Positions 25,851-34,996 of a DNA stretch of 64,000 bases are shown here, in pieces (positions within the stretch are counted from its first letter, which is position 1; each line of letters starts with the position of its first letter). This DNA comes from Promethearchaeota archaeon (GTDB lineage Archaea; Asgardarchaeota; Lokiarchaeia; Sigyniarchaeales; SOKP01), in assembly GCA_048939015.1 (NCBI GenBank), contig JBHLPW010000002.1:32001-96000 (forward strand), given 5' to 3'. Made by a program: the position numbers and the translations under genes. Below the pieces are notes generated by a model. That model did no database searches, was not told the DNA's origin, and saw nothing but the letters and a program-made list of their open reading frames with translations.

Positions 25851-26825
25851 CTAAATTAAAATAATCTGACCTGGAGATCCATAACTTACAAAATCAGGTG
25901 TAGCTAAACTCGTTTTATTAAAGTAAAAATAAACCGCTCTGTTGTTAACTTGATTACTTTCATCAATTTTGTTTGAGGACATTTCTGTGATTGAGCCATC
26001 AAGACCAATACCACATCTTTTCATTTCATTACCATTGATTGTATTATTAATTGTATATCTAATCAGTACTCCATATTGATCATTACGATAAGCTAGATTA
26101 TTGGAGATCGTATTATTTTGACCTCCTTCTACAGAAATCCCACTTCCTCCATTATCATGAACATTATTTAGTAAAATTTTATTAAAATCACAATTAGATA
26201 CAATCCTTATTCCATCATTATTGTTATCACTAGCTTCATTTCCTATAATTGTATTATTTATACATAAACTTTCGAGAAATACTCCCGTAAAAATATTATC
26301 ATTTACAGTATTTGCCGATAAAGTGTTATTTTCACTGTTGCTTAAATAGATCCCATAAGCATCATTCATCGAACAATCATTATTGATTATTGTACCATTA
26401 CATGTAGAAACTAATTTTATTCCTGCTTCTTTAGAATATCTGTCTCCATCTCCAGAATTAAATAATGTACAGTTTTCAATGATAAAAGGCACAATCGAAT
26501 TATTAATCAGAATACAACTCTCTGTTTCCTGTCCATCAATTACAACATTTTTAATAACAAATGGATCACTCCAAGTTCCTGATCCATTACACCATTCATT
26601 AGTTGCAGCGGTAATCGACCAATTTAAAGAGGGATTACTCTCATCAATGTGTATTTTATTTGAAAGAACCCAGTATCGAGCGAGTTTTAATTTGGAATCA
26701 TACTTTTCGGTTATAATTTTATTTGTACTAAATGATTTCATCCAGAGATCGCTACATAAAAAGGATGAGATTAAAAGGGTACTTAATAATAAGGATGAAA
26801 TTAAATCTCTACATTTTATTTTCAC
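25851..26825 (-). CDS. N-terminal part of TIR receptor 1: signal/TM and parallel beta-helix repeats
   Basis: GTG start with GGAG SD; hydrophobic N-terminus; WCNGSGTWSDPFVIKNVVIDGQ cap motif shared with the 2187-aa paralog. Confidence 0.8.
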   Translation of the reverse strand: MKIKCRDLISSLLLSTLLISSFLCSDLWMKSFSTNKIITEKYDSKLKLARYWVLSNKIHIDESNPSLNWSITAATNEWCNGSGTWSDPFVIKNVVIDGQETESCILINNSIVPFIIENCTLFNSGDGDRYSKEAGIKLVSTCNGTIINNDCSMNDAYGIYLSNSENNTLSANTVNDNIFTGVFLESLCINNTIIGNEASDNNNDGIRIVSNCDFNKILLNNVHDNGGSGISVEGGQNNTISNNLAYRNDQYGVLIRYTINNTINGNEMKRCGIGLDGSITEMSSNKIDESNQVNNRAVYFYFNKTSLATPDFVSYGSPGQIILI

Positions 26826-26850
26826 AGAAAATCAAACTCCTTAAAATTAT

Positions 26851-26915
26851 TTGGATTAAATAATAATTTACTTTTATGTATAATAATATTTTTACTCAAT
26901 GTTTTAAACTTTATT
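26851..26915 (-). promoter_or_regulatory. Conserved promoter/leader (BRE-TATA-like AATAAAGTTTAAAA plus AATATTATTATACATA)
   Basis: Ungapped match to 33611-33675 with identical blocks ttggatt, tatgtataataatattt and ttttaaactttatt. Confidence 0.65.
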
Positions 26916-27022
26916 CTGAGATCGGAGATTTAGAAAGTCTACAAATTAATGTTCTACTCTTATCAGAATGTAATGGGAGTTATAAAAGAAAACAGAAGAT
27001 GATTTTATTTCATGTAATAAAT

Positions 27023-30000
27023 TCAACGTAAAATCTCTTCATAGAGCCTTTGGATAAATCCATCTAAATCATCTTCAGTATATCTTACATTTAAAAATGG
27101 CATTAAAAGAATGGGAACATCTTCTTCATTTTCATATACAGGAATAATTTTAACAGCTCCCTTCTTATTTAATTGATAAGCTGCTTGCCATTCTCCTTCA
27201 ACAGATTTCGAATCTTTTGAGTGTTTAGTACAAAATAAGACGAAAGTGTTGGAAATACTTAAAGTCTTTTCCATAAATTCAACAATATTTTGACCACTAT
27301 CTTTAATATAATAATAGACTTTGTCAATTTCCGGATATTTCTCAAGGCCTTCTACGATTTTATTGATGTGGAAATGATCCAAATCCAATGAGGAATAACT
27401 TATAAAAATGTTGAATTTCCTTGGTTTTACAACAGTGGGAACAACTTTTGGTCCTTCTTCAACTTTTGATGCAGTTTTAGAGGCTTGTTCCATTTCTTTT
27501 TCTATTGTAGGAGTTGGTTTCTTTTCTTCCTTTAACTTCTCTTTCACTGCAGGTTTAGCAACAGGTTCTCTTTTAATTTCTCTGAGAATTCCTGACTCAA
27601 TATCCTTACATTGTTCAATTTTTTCATTCGCATTGTTAAAAATATCAAAAAACTCATACGTTTCTGCTGTATCTTGAATTTTTCCTAAATTTTTATATGC
27701 TAATTTAATATTTCTTTCTTTTATGAGATAATCAACAAAATCTAATTTTCCTTCTAGTTTTGTTCTCATCTTTTCTTTCTTTTTTTCACTTATCTCTTTT
27801 TTCTTCAATCCTGATACTGTCATTCTCTTCTTTATCAATATCGCAGCACCAGTCACTCCCACAGCAACTATCGCAATAACCAATACAATTATAAAAATTT
27901 CAGTGGGAAAACCAGAAGGACTAGGGATATTATTTCCTGTATTACCCACACTATTATGAATAATGATATCAGTTCCATTATCCGATAAATTATTCCCATT
28001 AATATTATTATAATTAGATTGATCGAGATATATGCCTACACCATTATTCGAAATTACATTATCAGTGATTTTATTATTATGACTGTTTATCAGATAAATA
28101 CCATTCTCAACATTCAAATTTATTGTATCTGAATTATTGAATATATTTATATGGTTACTATTTATCAATTTAATACCATTTAAATCATTAGAATTAATAG
28201 TGCTACTTGTAATATTTACATATTGGCAGGAATCTAAGAGAATTCCATTTCCATTGTTAAAAGAACAATTAAGATATATTAATACTCCATATGATAGATT
28301 AATTAATTTAACTCCTGCGTCGTTTTGATCATTACCAGAACTATAAAAGGAGCAATTATTTATTGTAAAGGAAATATTAGAATTACTAATTGTTATGCAA
28401 CTACCTGTACTTTGACCATCAATTTCTAATGATTCAATAATGAATGGATCAGTCTTGGTTCCAGAGCCAGAACACCATCCCTGTTTAACTGCTTCCATCC
28501 ATGTATAATCTCCACTACCACTATCGTCAATTATAAGCGGATTTAATGGCCAATAGTTATAATACTTTTCAATCGAAACTGATTGATATCCTATATTTCC
28601 AGCTGTGTCATTAGCATAAAAAATGATAGTTATTGTCTCACGTCCTTTTTTATTCCATTCTTCTTCATCTATGATCCCTGTACTAGTAGTCGTTTTATTT
28701 GTTATACCATCATCAATCGTATACCATATATAATCGGGGTTTAATTCTGTAATTGTTATGTTGAATGAAGGTGAAATTGTATCAAATCTATCTCCTGGAT
28801 GTGGCGAATTAATACTAATCATTGGAACATGAGTATCTTTTAATATATTCACTTCTGCAAATCCCATATTAGCAAATGTGTCATTTGCATAAAAAGTAAT
28901 ATTTACTGAACCATCTGGAAAAATATCCCATATAGTTTGATTTATAGTGCCACTCCAGATCGTAATATTCATATTAGCTGAAGAATATGATTTGTTGCTT
29001 ACAACGTACCAAGCATTGTGAAAATTACTATCAATAATTGATATATTATAATTAGGGGCTTTATAGCTAAAAGCTTGGTTATAAATTGGATTATGGATTG
29101 TAATTAGAGGTCCTAAGGTATCTTTTCTAACATTAATTTCGTGCGCTGTTTCCACTCCCCGCGAGTCATTTACATAAAAACGGATCAAAACAGTTCCATT
29201 TGCCATACTATCCCAAGCTGAAAAGTTAATAGTACCATTAGTTGTAAAGGTGTAGATAGACGTATCGTTGCCTAAAGTATACCACATTGTGTGACTGATG
29301 CCTTCCTCAATAATAATAGTATAATTTGGAGGAGTCTGTTGAAATATTTCATTCTCAGTAGGAGAAATTACGGAAAAAACAATAGGATCCCACCAAATTG
29401 GAAGTTTATCTTGACTTGGGGCTGTGCCTCCAATATTTAAATAAGGTACGTCTCCAATTCCATCATCATCCACATCCTTGCCCGAATAATCAGACCAATA
29501 ATTCCCTATTGTACTCGTATTCCATTTATTCTTGTAGCCATCATCATATGCGTTTAAAGCATTAGTATAAAAATAATTTTGAGATATTAAATTATATGAA
29601 GCATCACTTTGTAGATATAGTCCACGCTGTGTATTATTTATTAATACATTATTAGTCAAGTTGTTAGAGTTCCCATATTCGAGTTCGATTCCCCTAAAAT
29701 TTTCAATAAGTACATTACTTTTAATAGTATTGTTATTAATCAAAGTTCCCTGAAAAAATATACCCTGATTCGTATTATTCTTTATAATATTCTCAAAAAT
29801 ACAATTAAAACGAATGTCATTTCCCGAACAGTAAATTCCCTGATAGTTATTACTTATTTTATTATTTGAAATGTTATTATTATAGCAATTATACAACAGT
29901 ATGATTCCATAATTATTACTATTACTAATTGTATTATTTGAAATATTATTATTATTACAGCTCTCCAAAAAACCATTCAATTCAATGCAACTTCCTTTAT

Positions 30001-33000
30001 GAAATTGGACATAATTTAGCGAGACTACAGAATTATTGGATCTATGTATAGAAATTCCATCATAATTGTATTTAATTGTATTATTATAAATAAAACTTAA
30101 ATCACAATCTCCTAAATATAAACCAGTATTGGTATTATTATATATCATCTGTTCATAGATGTAGCTATACTGACAGTAATAAAATTCGACTCCACTAGGA
30201 TTATTACTCACTGTATTATTAGAAAAGGTAGTATTGATGCAAAACCTAATAGTAATTGAACCAAAAGGATTAAATACAATAGTGTTCTTCTGAATCGAAG
30301 TATGATTAGAATTCTCAATAAAAACTCCATAATATTGGTTGTTTGTAATCATATTTTCAATTAGACTAATATTAAGACCACTATCAATCGAAATACCTAG
30401 ATAATTATTGTCACTTATGGTACTATTTTCTAAAACACCATAAGTGACGTTATTAAAAATAATTCCAGAACCAGAATCGCTGGCATTCAAAAATTTACAA
30501 TCTTGAATGAGAAATTGAACTATAGAATTACTTATTTTAATACAATTTGAAATATTATTACCATTTATGATTAAATTCTTCAAGAGATAAGGATCTGTTA
30601 ATGTACCAGAACCAGAACACCATAATAAATCTGAACTTGCTTTAGACCATGTAAAATTCCCACTTCCTGTTTCATCAATAATAATAGGTGAAATAGTATA
30701 ATTGCAAACATTCCATGTAAAATTATTATTTAATCCATTATTATCTTCAAAACACTTTATACTATTTTCATTTATGATATTTCCATAGATTTCAGTATTA
30801 TTACTCGATTCCAGATAAATCCCATATTCGAAATTATTATTTATAAAAGTAGTTTTTATAGTATTATTTTCACAATTTTCTAACAATATTCCAATTCCAT
30901 TGTTAAACGAACAATTACTATTAATAATCGCTACGTTGCTAACATTCACCAATTTAATTCCAGCGGATCCAGCAATAGAACTGCTATTATAAATTTTGCA
31001 ATTATTAAAAATGATATATTTATTTGAATTTTTAATTTCAATACAACTGTTTAAATCTTGGCCATTAAAAATTAAACCATTAAAAATATATGGATCATTA
31101 GAAGTACCAGAGCCTTCTATAAGAGTTCTCCACCATGGTTGATTTCTTGCCCAAGTCCAATTATGCGCTCCAACACCAGATGCCACTCCATCGATTTCAA
31201 TAGGTTCACGATAAATTGAATGGATATCATTAAACCAAATTTTACCCATAAAATTCGGCTTATATCTGAAGTCATTACGAATGGCATAGTACATATGAGG
31301 TGTGTATATATATACGTATGGATAAAGATCCTCCACAATATATTTTTGCATATTATTGTATAACGACTTTCTTATAGAAAAATCAGTTTCATTTAGAGCT
31401 TGTTCCATTAAACCCTCGAGAACTGTATCGTTAACTTGACCGCGATTATATATTGAAGAATTTGAATAAAGATATTCTAGTAATACACTTGGATCATTGT
31501 AAGTTATACCTTCATAATAATAACCAAACAATTCAAGCGTTCCTACGTTATAGTACAATCTCATATAAAAATCAAACCATGAGAGAGGGTCATCGATAAC
31601 TTCAATACCAATTAAATTCAACGAATAGCTCCACGAGTTATAAATATTGGCAAATATTGGAGAACTATCTAAATAAGAATAATCTAAACTTGCAAAAATC
31701 GTAGAAGTCCAAAGACCTTCATCAGTTCCAGGATAATCGGTATCCCATCCAACACCAAAACCCATACTTTGCATAGTTTCTCTAGCTTTTGTAATATTGC
31801 AAGTAGCTATCTGATTAGAATAATTCGAATATAGCATTCCATAAGGTATTGGAGATCTTAATCTATTCGCATGCCCTTCGGCAATTTCATTAATTATATA
31901 AGAATAATTTGTTGCGTAAGAAATAGCTTTTCTCCATGTTTTATCTAGAAGTGTGTTGTTCATTCCTAAATAAATGAAATCTGAAGAGTTCTCTGGACCA
32001 ATAAGATTTATATTAGAAATATTTTTAAATGAATTTAACATTGAAGTGTCTAATGGATCCCAACTAGAAATTATACCTACCCTGTCTAAAAAATCTATAA
32101 CTCCTAATGACATGAATTTTTGTCTGTCTGCCATTGATTGAATCCTTATAATATTTACATATTTAATATCAGGAGCTTCTACCCAATAATCTTTAAAAGC
32201 TATAAGTCTTACTCTATCATCTTGAATATATTCAAGATACTCAAAAGGACCAGTCCCAATCAAATCATCTGTATTAAAATCAAGATATCTATAAAAGGGA
32301 GTTGAAGATGGAGATAATATTACTGATCCCTCAAAGCACAATAATCCTTCAAAAGCAGCAAAGGGTTTATTTAATACAAAGCGAATCATATAATCGTCAA
32401 TTACAGCAGTTCTATTAATTATAGGGGTGTTGTCGTTCCAAAAGTATACAGAAGTAAATTGGTTAAGTGTTGTATTTGAGGGTAAAGTTCCACTTGTATT
32501 CATAAAATAGTGTAACCTATCAATACTCCACTTTACTGTACTAGCATTAAACGGAGTTCCATCATGAAACTTTATATTTTGTCTCAGTTCAACAGTATAA
32601 TTTAATTTATCTGCAGACCATGTTCCCATTGATAAAGCTAATTTTGGAATTATTCTATTTTGTCGAGAACTTAAATTATATGTAAAAAGTGTCTCAAAGA
32701 TTTGAGAGGTTACTTTTAAGATATAATTATCTGATCGATAATGAGGATCAAAGTTATTCACAAGAAAATACTCAGGTAAATGAAATGTTCCATAATTTAA
32801 AACTTCTGGATCATTATTTACATCAATTCCATCATCCCAAATAGGATAATTATCTATGCTTGCAGCTACACCCTGGATATTTTCATATGACCTGTCTCCT
32901 ATCCCATCATCATCTAAATCTCTGTAATCATAATCAGACCAATAATTACCGATTGATCCATTATCCCAAAAATTAGTTCCATCATCATAAGCTAAGGGAG

Positions 33001-33586
33001 GATTTCCAATAATAAAATTACTAAACATTAGGTTATTATAACTGGAAGCATCTAAAAAAATATTATATCTACCATTATTTTCGAATATATTTCCTGTAAG
33101 ATTAATATCATGGGAATTATCTAAGCTAATTCCGTAACCATTATTGATTGAGATGTTATTTTCTTCTAAAGCGCCATTTCCTGCGTTTTGAATTTTAATT
33201 CCTGCCCCAAAAGCCGTATACATCGAATTGTATAAGATACAGTTTTTTATTTTGAAATATACGTTAGAATTTCGTATATCAATACAACTACTTGAATTTT
33301 GTCCATCAATGGTAACATTCTCAATAGTATAAGGATCAGTAATGGTTCCTGAACCACTACACCATGGCTGAGAAGAAGCTGTTGTTGCCCATTCAGAATC
33401 TCCATCTATTGAAATTGGAGTTCCTGTAAGATCCCAATATGCTGCAAATTTAATTTTCCCATTTTCATTTGATTTTAATCTATTTTCTACGATTAATTCA
33501 GTATAAAATATATTATTTACAAAAATTGAAGAGAAGAAAAAAATCAACAATATTGAGAGAATTATCATTTTACTTTTTTTTTTCAT
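27023..33586 (-). CDS. Single-pass TIR receptor 2: beta-helix, family-5 ABC solute-binding domain, beta-helix, 3 Ig-like, beta-helix, TM, helical bundle, TIR
   Basis: IFETLF..PKLA..WSADKLNYTVELRQNIKFHDGTPFNASTVKWS and IGTGPF (OppA/DppA-like, about 31220-32800); IIFYANDTAGNIG (Ig-like); TM at about 27835-27900; IFISYSS..VEGEWQAA..KIIPVY (TIR). Confidence 0.88.
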   Translation of the reverse strand: MKKKSKMIILSILLIFFFSSIFVNNIFYTELIVENRLKSNENGKIKFAAYWDLTGTPISIDGDSEWATTASSQPWCSGSGTITDPYTIENVTIDGQNSSSCIDIRNSNVYFKIKNCILYNSMYTAFGAGIKIQNAGNGALEENNISINNGYGISLDNSHDINLTGNIFENNGRYNIFLDASSYNNLMFSNFIIGNPPLAYDDGTNFWDNGSIGNYWSDYDYRDLDDDGIGDRSYENIQGVAASIDNYPIWDDGIDVNNDPEVLNYGTFHLPEYFLVNNFDPHYRSDNYILKVTSQIFETLFTYNLSSRQNRIIPKLALSMGTWSADKLNYTVELRQNIKFHDGTPFNASTVKWSIDRLHYFMNTSGTLPSNTTLNQFTSVYFWNDNTPIINRTAVIDDYMIRFVLNKPFAAFEGLLCFEGSVILSPSSTPFYRYLDFNTDDLIGTGPFEYLEYIQDDRVRLIAFKDYWVEAPDIKYVNIIRIQSMADRQKFMSLGVIDFLDRVGIISSWDPLDTSMLNSFKNISNINLIGPENSSDFIYLGMNNTLLDKTWRKAISYATNYSYIINEIAEGHANRLRSPIPYGMLYSNYSNQIATCNITKARETMQSMGFGVGWDTDYPGTDEGLWTSTIFASLDYSYLDSSPIFANIYNSWSYSLNLIGIEVIDDPLSWFDFYMRLYYNVGTLELFGYYYEGITYNDPSVLLEYLYSNSSIYNRGQVNDTVLEGLMEQALNETDFSIRKSLYNNMQKYIVEDLYPYVYIYTPHMYYAIRNDFRYKPNFMGKIWFNDIHSIYREPIEIDGVASGVGAHNWTWARNQPWWRTLIEGSGTSNDPYIFNGLIFNGQDLNSCIEIKNSNKYIIFNNCKIYNSSSIAGSAGIKLVNVSNVAIINSNCSFNNGIGILLENCENNTIKTTFINNNFEYGIYLESSNNTEIYGNIINENSIKCFEDNNGLNNNFTWNVCNYTISPIIIDETGSGNFTWSKASSDLLWCSGSGTLTDPYLLKNLIINGNNISNCIKISNSIVQFLIQDCKFLNASDSGSGIIFNNVTYGVLENSTISDNNYLGISIDSGLNISLIENMITNNQYYGVFIENSNHTSIQKNTIVFNPFGSITIRFCINTTFSNNTVSNNPSGVEFYYCQYSYIYEQMIYNNTNTGLYLGDCDLSFIYNNTIKYNYDGISIHRSNNSVVSLNYVQFHKGSCIELNGFLESCNNNNISNNTISNSNNYGIILLYNCYNNNISNNKISNNYQGIYCSGNDIRFNCIFENIIKNNTNQGIFFQGTLINNNTIKSNVLIENFRGIELEYGNSNNLTNNVLINNTQRGLYLQSDASYNLISQNYFYTNALNAYDDGYKNKWNTSTIGNYWSDYSGKDVDDDGIGDVPYLNIGGTAPSQDKLPIWWDPIVFSVISPTENEIFQQTPPNYTIIIEEGISHTMWYTLGNDTSIYTFTTNGTINFSAWDSMANGTVLIRFYVNDSRGVETAHEINVRKDTLGPLITIHNPIYNQAFSYKAPNYNISIIDSNFHNAWYVVSNKSYSSANMNITIWSGTINQTIWDIFPDGSVNITFYANDTFANMGFAEVNILKDTHVPMISINSPHPGDRFDTISPSFNITITELNPDYIWYTIDDGITNKTTTSTGIIDEEEWNKKGRETITIIFYANDTAGNIGYQSVSIEKYYNYWPLNPLIIDDSGSGDYTWMEAVKQGWCSGSGTKTDPFIIESLEIDGQSTGSCITISNSNISFTINNCSFYSSGNDQNDAGVKLINLSYGVLIYLNCSFNNGNGILLDSCQYVNITSSTINSNDLNGIKLINSNHINIFNNSDTINLNVENGIYLINSHNNKITDNVISNNGVGIYLDQSNYNNINGNNLSDNGTDIIIHNSVGNTGNNIPSPSGFPTEIFIIVLVIAIVAVGVTGAAILIKKRMTVSGLKKKEISEKKKEKMRTKLEGKLDFVDYLIKERNIKLAYKNLGKIQDTAETYEFFDIFNNANEKIEQCKDIESGILREIKREPVAKPAVKEKLKEEKKPTPTIEKEMEQASKTASKVEEGPKVVPTVVKPRKFNIFISYSSLDLDHFHINKIVEGLEKYPEIDKVYYYIKDSGQNIVEFMEKTLSISNTFVLFCTKHSKDSKSVEGEWQAAYQLNKKGAVKIIPVYENEEDVPILLMPFLNVRYTEDDLDGFIQRLYEEILR

Positions 33587-33610
33587 GAGATTCAGACTCT
33601 GAATGGTTTA

Positions 33611-33675
33611 TTGGATTGACAAAATATTAACTGATATGTATAATAATATTTCGTCAGTTTATTTTAAACTTTATT
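33611..33675 (-). promoter_or_regulatory. Conserved promoter/leader, second copy
   Basis: Matches 26851-26915 at an offset of 6760 with no gaps. Confidence 0.65.
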
Positions 33676-33752
33676 TCACTTTCAAAGTTTTATATATCTT
33701 AAAAAAGAATAAATATCAACATATTGAAATCTAAGAATTTATAGAAAAAATT

Positions 33753-34715
33753 GTGAATAATATGGAAAAAGAAGATAAATTAACTTTAATTCTAATTACT
33801 AGTTTAATAATAAGTATAATATTAATAATAGTTGTACTCTTAATCCCTTTTCTATTTAACTTCAGTATGAACCAAGCCTTGAGAGATTTACTTCCTGGTT
33901 CGTCATATTTCTTCCGATTTATAACCGAATTTGGAGGTACATTCATTTATTTAGTAATAATTTTTACAATTTTTTGGGGAATTGATAAAAAAATTGCCAA
34001 TTCATTATTAATGGTTTATGTTTCATCAAATTTTGTAAATTATTATGCTAAAGCGATAATTGCGAATGAAAGGCCACCAGAAGCTCAATGGCTTTTGATT
34101 GGAGCCTCTCATCTTAGTACTCCAAGCGGCCATGCGATGAGTTCAACGGTATTTTATGGATATTTATCAATGAAAACAAAAAGAATTGCTATGTGGATAA
34201 TTTCTATAGTTGTAATAATGCTTGTCGGGCTCTCCAGAATTTATTTAGGAGTTCATTGGGTTGGCGATGTTTTGACTGGTTGGTTCTTTGGAATTGTAAT
34301 TTTACTTTTGGCTTATATTTTCGAAGATAAAATTCAAGATTTTACTAATAAGTATAATATCGTTTACTTATATATCGGACTAGCTGTTTTAGGATTGTTA
34401 GTTATGATAATAACCGACATCATTTATCAATCATCATATAACTTCGGAGAACCAGGAGGTCAAATGATAGGATTAGGAATAGGCTTAGCATTAGAACATA
34501 AATATGTTAACTTTGAAATCTCTTATCAACCTGGAGAAAAATGGAAAATAATTCTTAGAATCTTACTAGGAATACTCTTAATTGCTATAATCTTTTTGGG
34601 TTTGTATTTAGTTATTGATTCTGATATTTTATGGTTAAGTGCTTTACATTATATAGTAACTCTTATATTAGGGATATTTATATGGCCATTAATTTTCACA
34701 AAGATTGGACTTTAG
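33753..34715 (+). CDS. PAP2-family membrane lipid phosphatase
   Basis: KxxxxxERP, PSGH and SRIYLGVHWVGDV catalytic motifs; multiple TMs. Confidence 0.92.
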   Translation: MNNMEKEDKLTLILITSLIISIILIIVVLLIPFLFNFSMNQALRDLLPGSSYFFRFITEFGGTFIYLVIIFTIFWGIDKKIANSLLMVYVSSNFVNYYAKAIIANERPPEAQWLLIGASHLSTPSGHAMSSTVFYGYLSMKTKRIAMWIISIVVIMLVGLSRIYLGVHWVGDVLTGWFFGIVILLLAYIFEDKIQDFTNKYNIVYLYIGLAVLGLLVMIITDIIYQSSYNFGEPGGQMIGLGIGLALEHKYVNFEISYQPGEKWKIILRILLGILLIAIIFLGLYLVIDSDILWLSALHYIVTLILGIFIWPLIFTKIGL

Positions 34716-34766
34716 GTTTAAGTCTTTAAATAGTTTAATTTTAATGATAAAGGAGTAGAATGAAAA

Positions 34767-34970
34767 ATGGAAAATAATGAAAAGATGAGTAATGAAAATT
34801 TAATAATACTATGGGGTTTCATTTTAACTATCATAGGAGGTTTGGGAATGGTTCAAATTGGATTATTAGAGGGATTAGATGATTTTCTAATAATTGGATC
34901 AATTCCATTCATAATTGGAATTATTATATTAGTTTGTATAGCAATCATCGACAAAAAGAAAAATAAATAA
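34767..34970 (+). CDS. Small 2-TM membrane protein
   Basis: Two hydrophobic helices, basic tail, upstream AGGAG. Confidence 0.6.
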   Translation: MENNEKMSNENLIILWGFILTIIGGLGMVQIGLLEGLDDFLIIGSIPFIIGIIILVCIAIIDKKKNK

Positions 34971-34996
34971 GAATATATTAAATAAAAAATAGATTT

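Larger units (their letters stand above)
22098..26825 (-). pseudogene. Single-pass TIR receptor gene (1575 codons) interrupted by one in-frame TAG at 25851-25853; nonsense allele, sequence error or read-through
   Basis: Reading through the TAG gives PGQIILI*CNNSVITNFNLSHTSTGLSVLGGRN, in frame with the downstream ORF and matching the internal repeats GQLILINCSG and GQIILSGCTD. Confidence 0.75.

Noticed and set aside
25851-25853. Genome-wide TAG reassignment
   Set aside because: TAG ends several complete genes here (e.g. those ending at 34715, 37994, 47052, 53921 and 60351), so at most context-specific read-through is possible.
33574-33583. A10 run right after the start codon of receptor 2 (and A-runs at the start of gene B) as phase-variation switches
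   Set aside because: Lys-rich signal-peptide n-regions in an AT-rich genome explain them. An equally long run occurs in an ordinary methyltransferase gene near 38054-38063.
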